Shown here in pieces: positions 21,561-25,000 of a stretch of DNA of 25,000 nucleotides (its first letter is position 1; the number at the start of each line of letters is the position of its first letter). Origin of the DNA: Takakia lepidozioides (Eukaryota; Plantae; Bryophyta); assembly GCA_030704615.1 (NCBI GenBank), contig JAKLZA010000046.1:1-25000 (forward strand), given 5' to 3'. The position numbers and the translations under genes were made by a program. The notes beneath the pieces were generated by a model. It ran no database searches. It saw only the letters and a program-made list of their open reading frames with translations, and was not told the DNA's origin.

Positions 21561-22964
21561 ATGTCACCGGCAGCTGCGAGGCAGACAGGGACGCAAACCC
21601 TGGAGTCGGGGCACCAAGATGTGGTGCACGATGTGGCCATGGACTACTATGGGAAGCGGCTGGCCACCTGCTCCTCGGATCGCTCCATCAAAATCTTTGC
21701 AGTGGGGAGTCCCGAGCAGTCCGAAGCCCTTGCAACGTTGACGGGGCACGAAGGCCCCGTGTGGGAGGTGGCATGGGCTCATCCCAAGTTTGGATCTATC
21801 CTTGCGTCCTGCTCTTATGACCGCAGAGTGATAATCTGGAGAGAGGGAGCTGAGCTTGAGTGGACACAAGCGCAGGTGGGCTTCATCTTGTGATGGAAAG
21901 AGCATGGATCATACGAAAGCTGCACTTTAATTGTGTTGATAGATTGAGTGGGGTGTGGTACTTGATCCGAACGTGCTTGTGGATTAGATGTAGGGTATTG
22001 TTTCTGTCGATTTCTTTGGTACTTTAATCCCTCATCATGAAGTCTCCTCACCCATGCAGGGAGGAGAGCCTAGTTTTACAACGTCTCTCCCCCTTACCCC
22101 GGGGGAGCCATTTCTCTTTGTACTGATTCCCTCTCGTTCCCTTCCGGTACATACTATAACACTTGCTGGAGGAGCTCGAACTCGGTGGTTTCTGGTAATG
22201 GCAGGTTTTCCAGGAGCATGAATCTTCGGTGAACAGTATTGGCTGGGCTCCCCACGAGTTTGGATTGTGCCTAGCTTGCGGGTCATCGGACGGGACGATT
22301 TCTGTTTTGACCCACAAGGCAGATGGGGCATGGGAAAAGACGAAGATCGAGCCCGCACACCCTGTGGGCGTGACATCGGTCTCCTGGGCCCCCTCTGCTG
22401 CTCCAGGTTCGCTAGTGGGGGAGAACGCCGGGCCTGTTCAGAAGCTGGCTTCTGGGGGTTGTGATAATACGGTGAAGGTGTGGAAATACACAGGCGGGAA
22501 CTGGAAACTTGATTGCTTCCCTCCTCTTTCAAGACACACTGATTGGGTTAGAGATGTAGCCTGGGCGCCTAACCTGGGGCTGCCCAAGTCCACCATAGCC
22601 AGTGCTTCTCAAGATGGAACCGTGGTTATTTGGACCCAGGTAATCTGTTCACATCCACACATATATAACTTAGCGTTCAATGCTCGGAAAATATACATTT
22701 TCTGTTTCCATTTTGTGGCTGAAGCATTTCCTGCAACATGTTCATTGATCCTTATCATTTGCTTTGACCTGTCCACCATGGATCCAGGACAAAGAGGGTG
22801 ATCAGTGGGAAGGCCTCACATTGCATGACTTCAAGACTCCTGTCTGGCGGGTGAGCTGGTCGCTAACTGGGAACATACTGGCAGTCGCTGATGCGAACAA
22901 CAATGTGACCCTCTGGAAAGAGGCAGTTGATGGGGAGTGGGCACAGGTCACCACCATCCAATGA
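21561..22964 (+). CDS. SEC13: Protein transport protein SEC13 (COPII coat / nucleoporin, WD40); 3 exons, ~308 aa
   Basis: Exons 21561-21875, 22205-22639 and 22788-22964 (GT-AG, all phase 0). Diagnostic motifs: [115 protein letters not shown]. Confidence 0.97.
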
Positions 22965-24498
22965 GTGTCTGCAAGCATCTTTGGTATTTCTGCGTCAGTT
23001 TTCTGGTACTTAGCTCAGATATCATGGAGGTGCTGCTGTTGTATAGTCTTTGTCAGGTAGAGAAATTGATGAGTGGCTATGTTGAATTCCCGCCAAATAG
23101 AGTTATGCTTTTGGCTTAAGGGTGCCTTCCGGTTGTGGAAGGAAATGGAAGTGAGCTGGGTCATTGGGAAGTGGAAACAGACTATATTCACAATTTAGTG
23201 AGTTGGTAGTGGCTGGCTGGGAGGATCTTCTAGGGGACTATCTGGTCTGCTGGAGACAATGATGCAAGCAAATTATAAGCAGGACTGGTGCAGGACCCAG
23301 GTTGGCTTGCACTTTGAGGTGCCCTTTGAGGGTTGATAACATAGTTCATGTGATTTTTGAGCGGTTTCCTTCAACCTTCCTTTTAGAGTTTCTAGGTCTC
23401 TTGGCTTTGGATCCAACAATTTGAAGTTTGCACATATCCAACAGGGTTTTTGTTCATAAACCTATTTGGAAGGGATTAGTGATCAGTGTTCATTCCCCCC
23501 ACCCTTCCCTGGATGAGGTGGTTGAGTGCGATTTGTCTCTGCAGACCTTACCACCTATTACTTGTCCACTTGAGTGTCTTCTCACTTTGTGTGCACTAGT
23601 TTTCCACCATTTTACAAGTCCAGTCAAGGTCATTCTATTTGCCAGAAGCGTGGCCTGAGGGTAGTCAGTGTCAGCATTCCAAAGAATCTGCTCTTGTTGA
23701 CATTTTTCCTTCATTAATCTATGGCGGGTTTCTGAAGGCGCTTTCAAGCAGATAACTTCGGGCAATAGATATGATGTAATGAATTTGTCAATAGGGCAGT
23801 GTCATAGCGCGTGTTATCTTTCAAAAGGAAGTTTCACCTGGAACAACTGCTCACACATCGGGCCTCTTAATCAATTATATCTTCTCAATGCATCTTTGTT
23901 TTGGAGTTTACTAGAGTAGTATCGGTGATCTTTCTTTGTGTAGGCTTGGAGTTCTCTACCCTCCCAAGCAAATTAGACAAGATTTAGAGGTCCGACCAAA
24001 GAGCTTGGTTCCCAGAGCATTTGTGTTGTGCTACAAGAGACAACACGAGCACCTCTTTTGTCAGAAAATCTAAACAGACCAAAACATTGCCAAGGAGATG
24101 GCTGCTGTGGAGAAGGTGCATCCTGTTGCAGGCAGTGTGGGAGGAGGAATAATTTAGTAAGTGCAACCTGTTCTTGTTCAGAACCCACTGTACAACGCCC
24201 ATCTTTGTTATGCACAGTGGCCTCAAAAACCCTTGAAACTATTGCTATTGAGAGTTTTGCAAGACAGAAGGCCACATAACAACTCCAGCCATGATATATG
24301 ATAAGTTGATTGATAGTTAGTTTTGGACTTCAATCTTACAGGTAACCTTGAGGTGTCAAACTTCCTTCTGGTATACCTACCTATGGAGGGCAGTGTTGAT
24401 TCATGGATCTCAAGATCTATGCTGCTAGTGTAAACACGCTGTCATCCAAGTAGGATGTGGATTTGGAGAGGTCGGTAGTCTACCTTCACAAGCTATTA

Positions 24499-24869
24499 GA
24501 GTTATCCGGAAAGTGAGCCTCAGTTTGGTACCCTGTTTGGACCCGAGTTACGGGTTTCATCCTGAGTTTGAGTTAATCCGTAAAGTGCAGAAAACTGAGC
24601 ACGAAGTCAGAAAAGAGGGCACCAAATCATAAACTGGGGATGAGGGCAACCGCTGCTATCACGCAAGCTCGTAAGCTCTGACCGCCTCCGCCTCGACGAC
24701 TAACAAAACTCGGCACCAAACTCCTTTCACCCCCATTTTCCTAGTCCGGCAGTTTGGTCCTGTGTTTTTCTCTAGTTGTACCGCCTGATCCTGAGTTTCA
24801 AGTTTCACACCGAGTTTTGGCCAAACTCAGGGTTCTCATGCCGAGTTTGGGACCCTTTACGGATAACTC
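24499..24869. mobile_element. Non-autonomous TIR DNA transposon (MITE-like), superfamily unassigned
   Basis: Left end GAGTTATCCGGAAAG (24499-24513) and right end CTTTACGGATAACTC (24855-24869) form a 14/15 inverted match. TATTA flanks both sides (24494-24498 and 24870-24874). There are many internal C(C/T)GAGTT / AACTC(A/G)G subterminal repeats and a TIR-like copy at 24570. Confidence 0.8.
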
Positions 24870-25000
24870 TATTATCTCATTCAAATCTAACGTGCAATGC
24901 TATATAATGTATATTAAAGCCTACATAGCAGGTTGAAGTGTACCTGATGCTACCTGAGCCATGAATTGTTCTCAAGGAACTCAATCATTGCCTTCTTCAG

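Noticed and set aside
23100-24480. Short ORFs downstream of SEC13 as a TE or gene remnant
   Set aside because: No recognisable RT, transposase or other domain motifs by eye; left unannotated pending a translated search.

Overview
Eukaryotic nuclear DNA from a land plant. The homogeneous PLS repeats suggest a non-seed lineage (bryophyte, lycophyte or fern), but this is inferred. The left 14.7 kb holds three paralogous PLS-class PPR organellar RNA-editing-factor genes. PPR-A (+, 17 PLS motifs) is E+ type and has lost its DYW domain. PPR-B (-, 23 motifs) has a frameshifted, decayed E2/DYW region. PPR-C (-, 17 motifs) has a complete PG-type DYW deaminase that reads 29 aa past the terminal DYW. 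Each gene is preceded by two small homologous exons that the ORF track does not show as a unit. Together they encode a motif resembling the ssDNA-binding 'PDF' motif of OSB proteins (W-x-x-[FL]-x-x-DP-x-x-WWD-x-R..K | ..PDF..K....ALW....PPWV). It is spliceable in frame in PPR-A and decayed in PPR-B and PPR-C. A ~620-bp unidentified direct repeat lies at 1-617 and 9874-10497. The right part holds an 8-exon EB1 gene with an EB1c-like tail, a 3-exon SEC13 gene and a ~370-bp MITE-like element with TIRs and a target-site duplication. All splice models were read by eye and have no transcript support.
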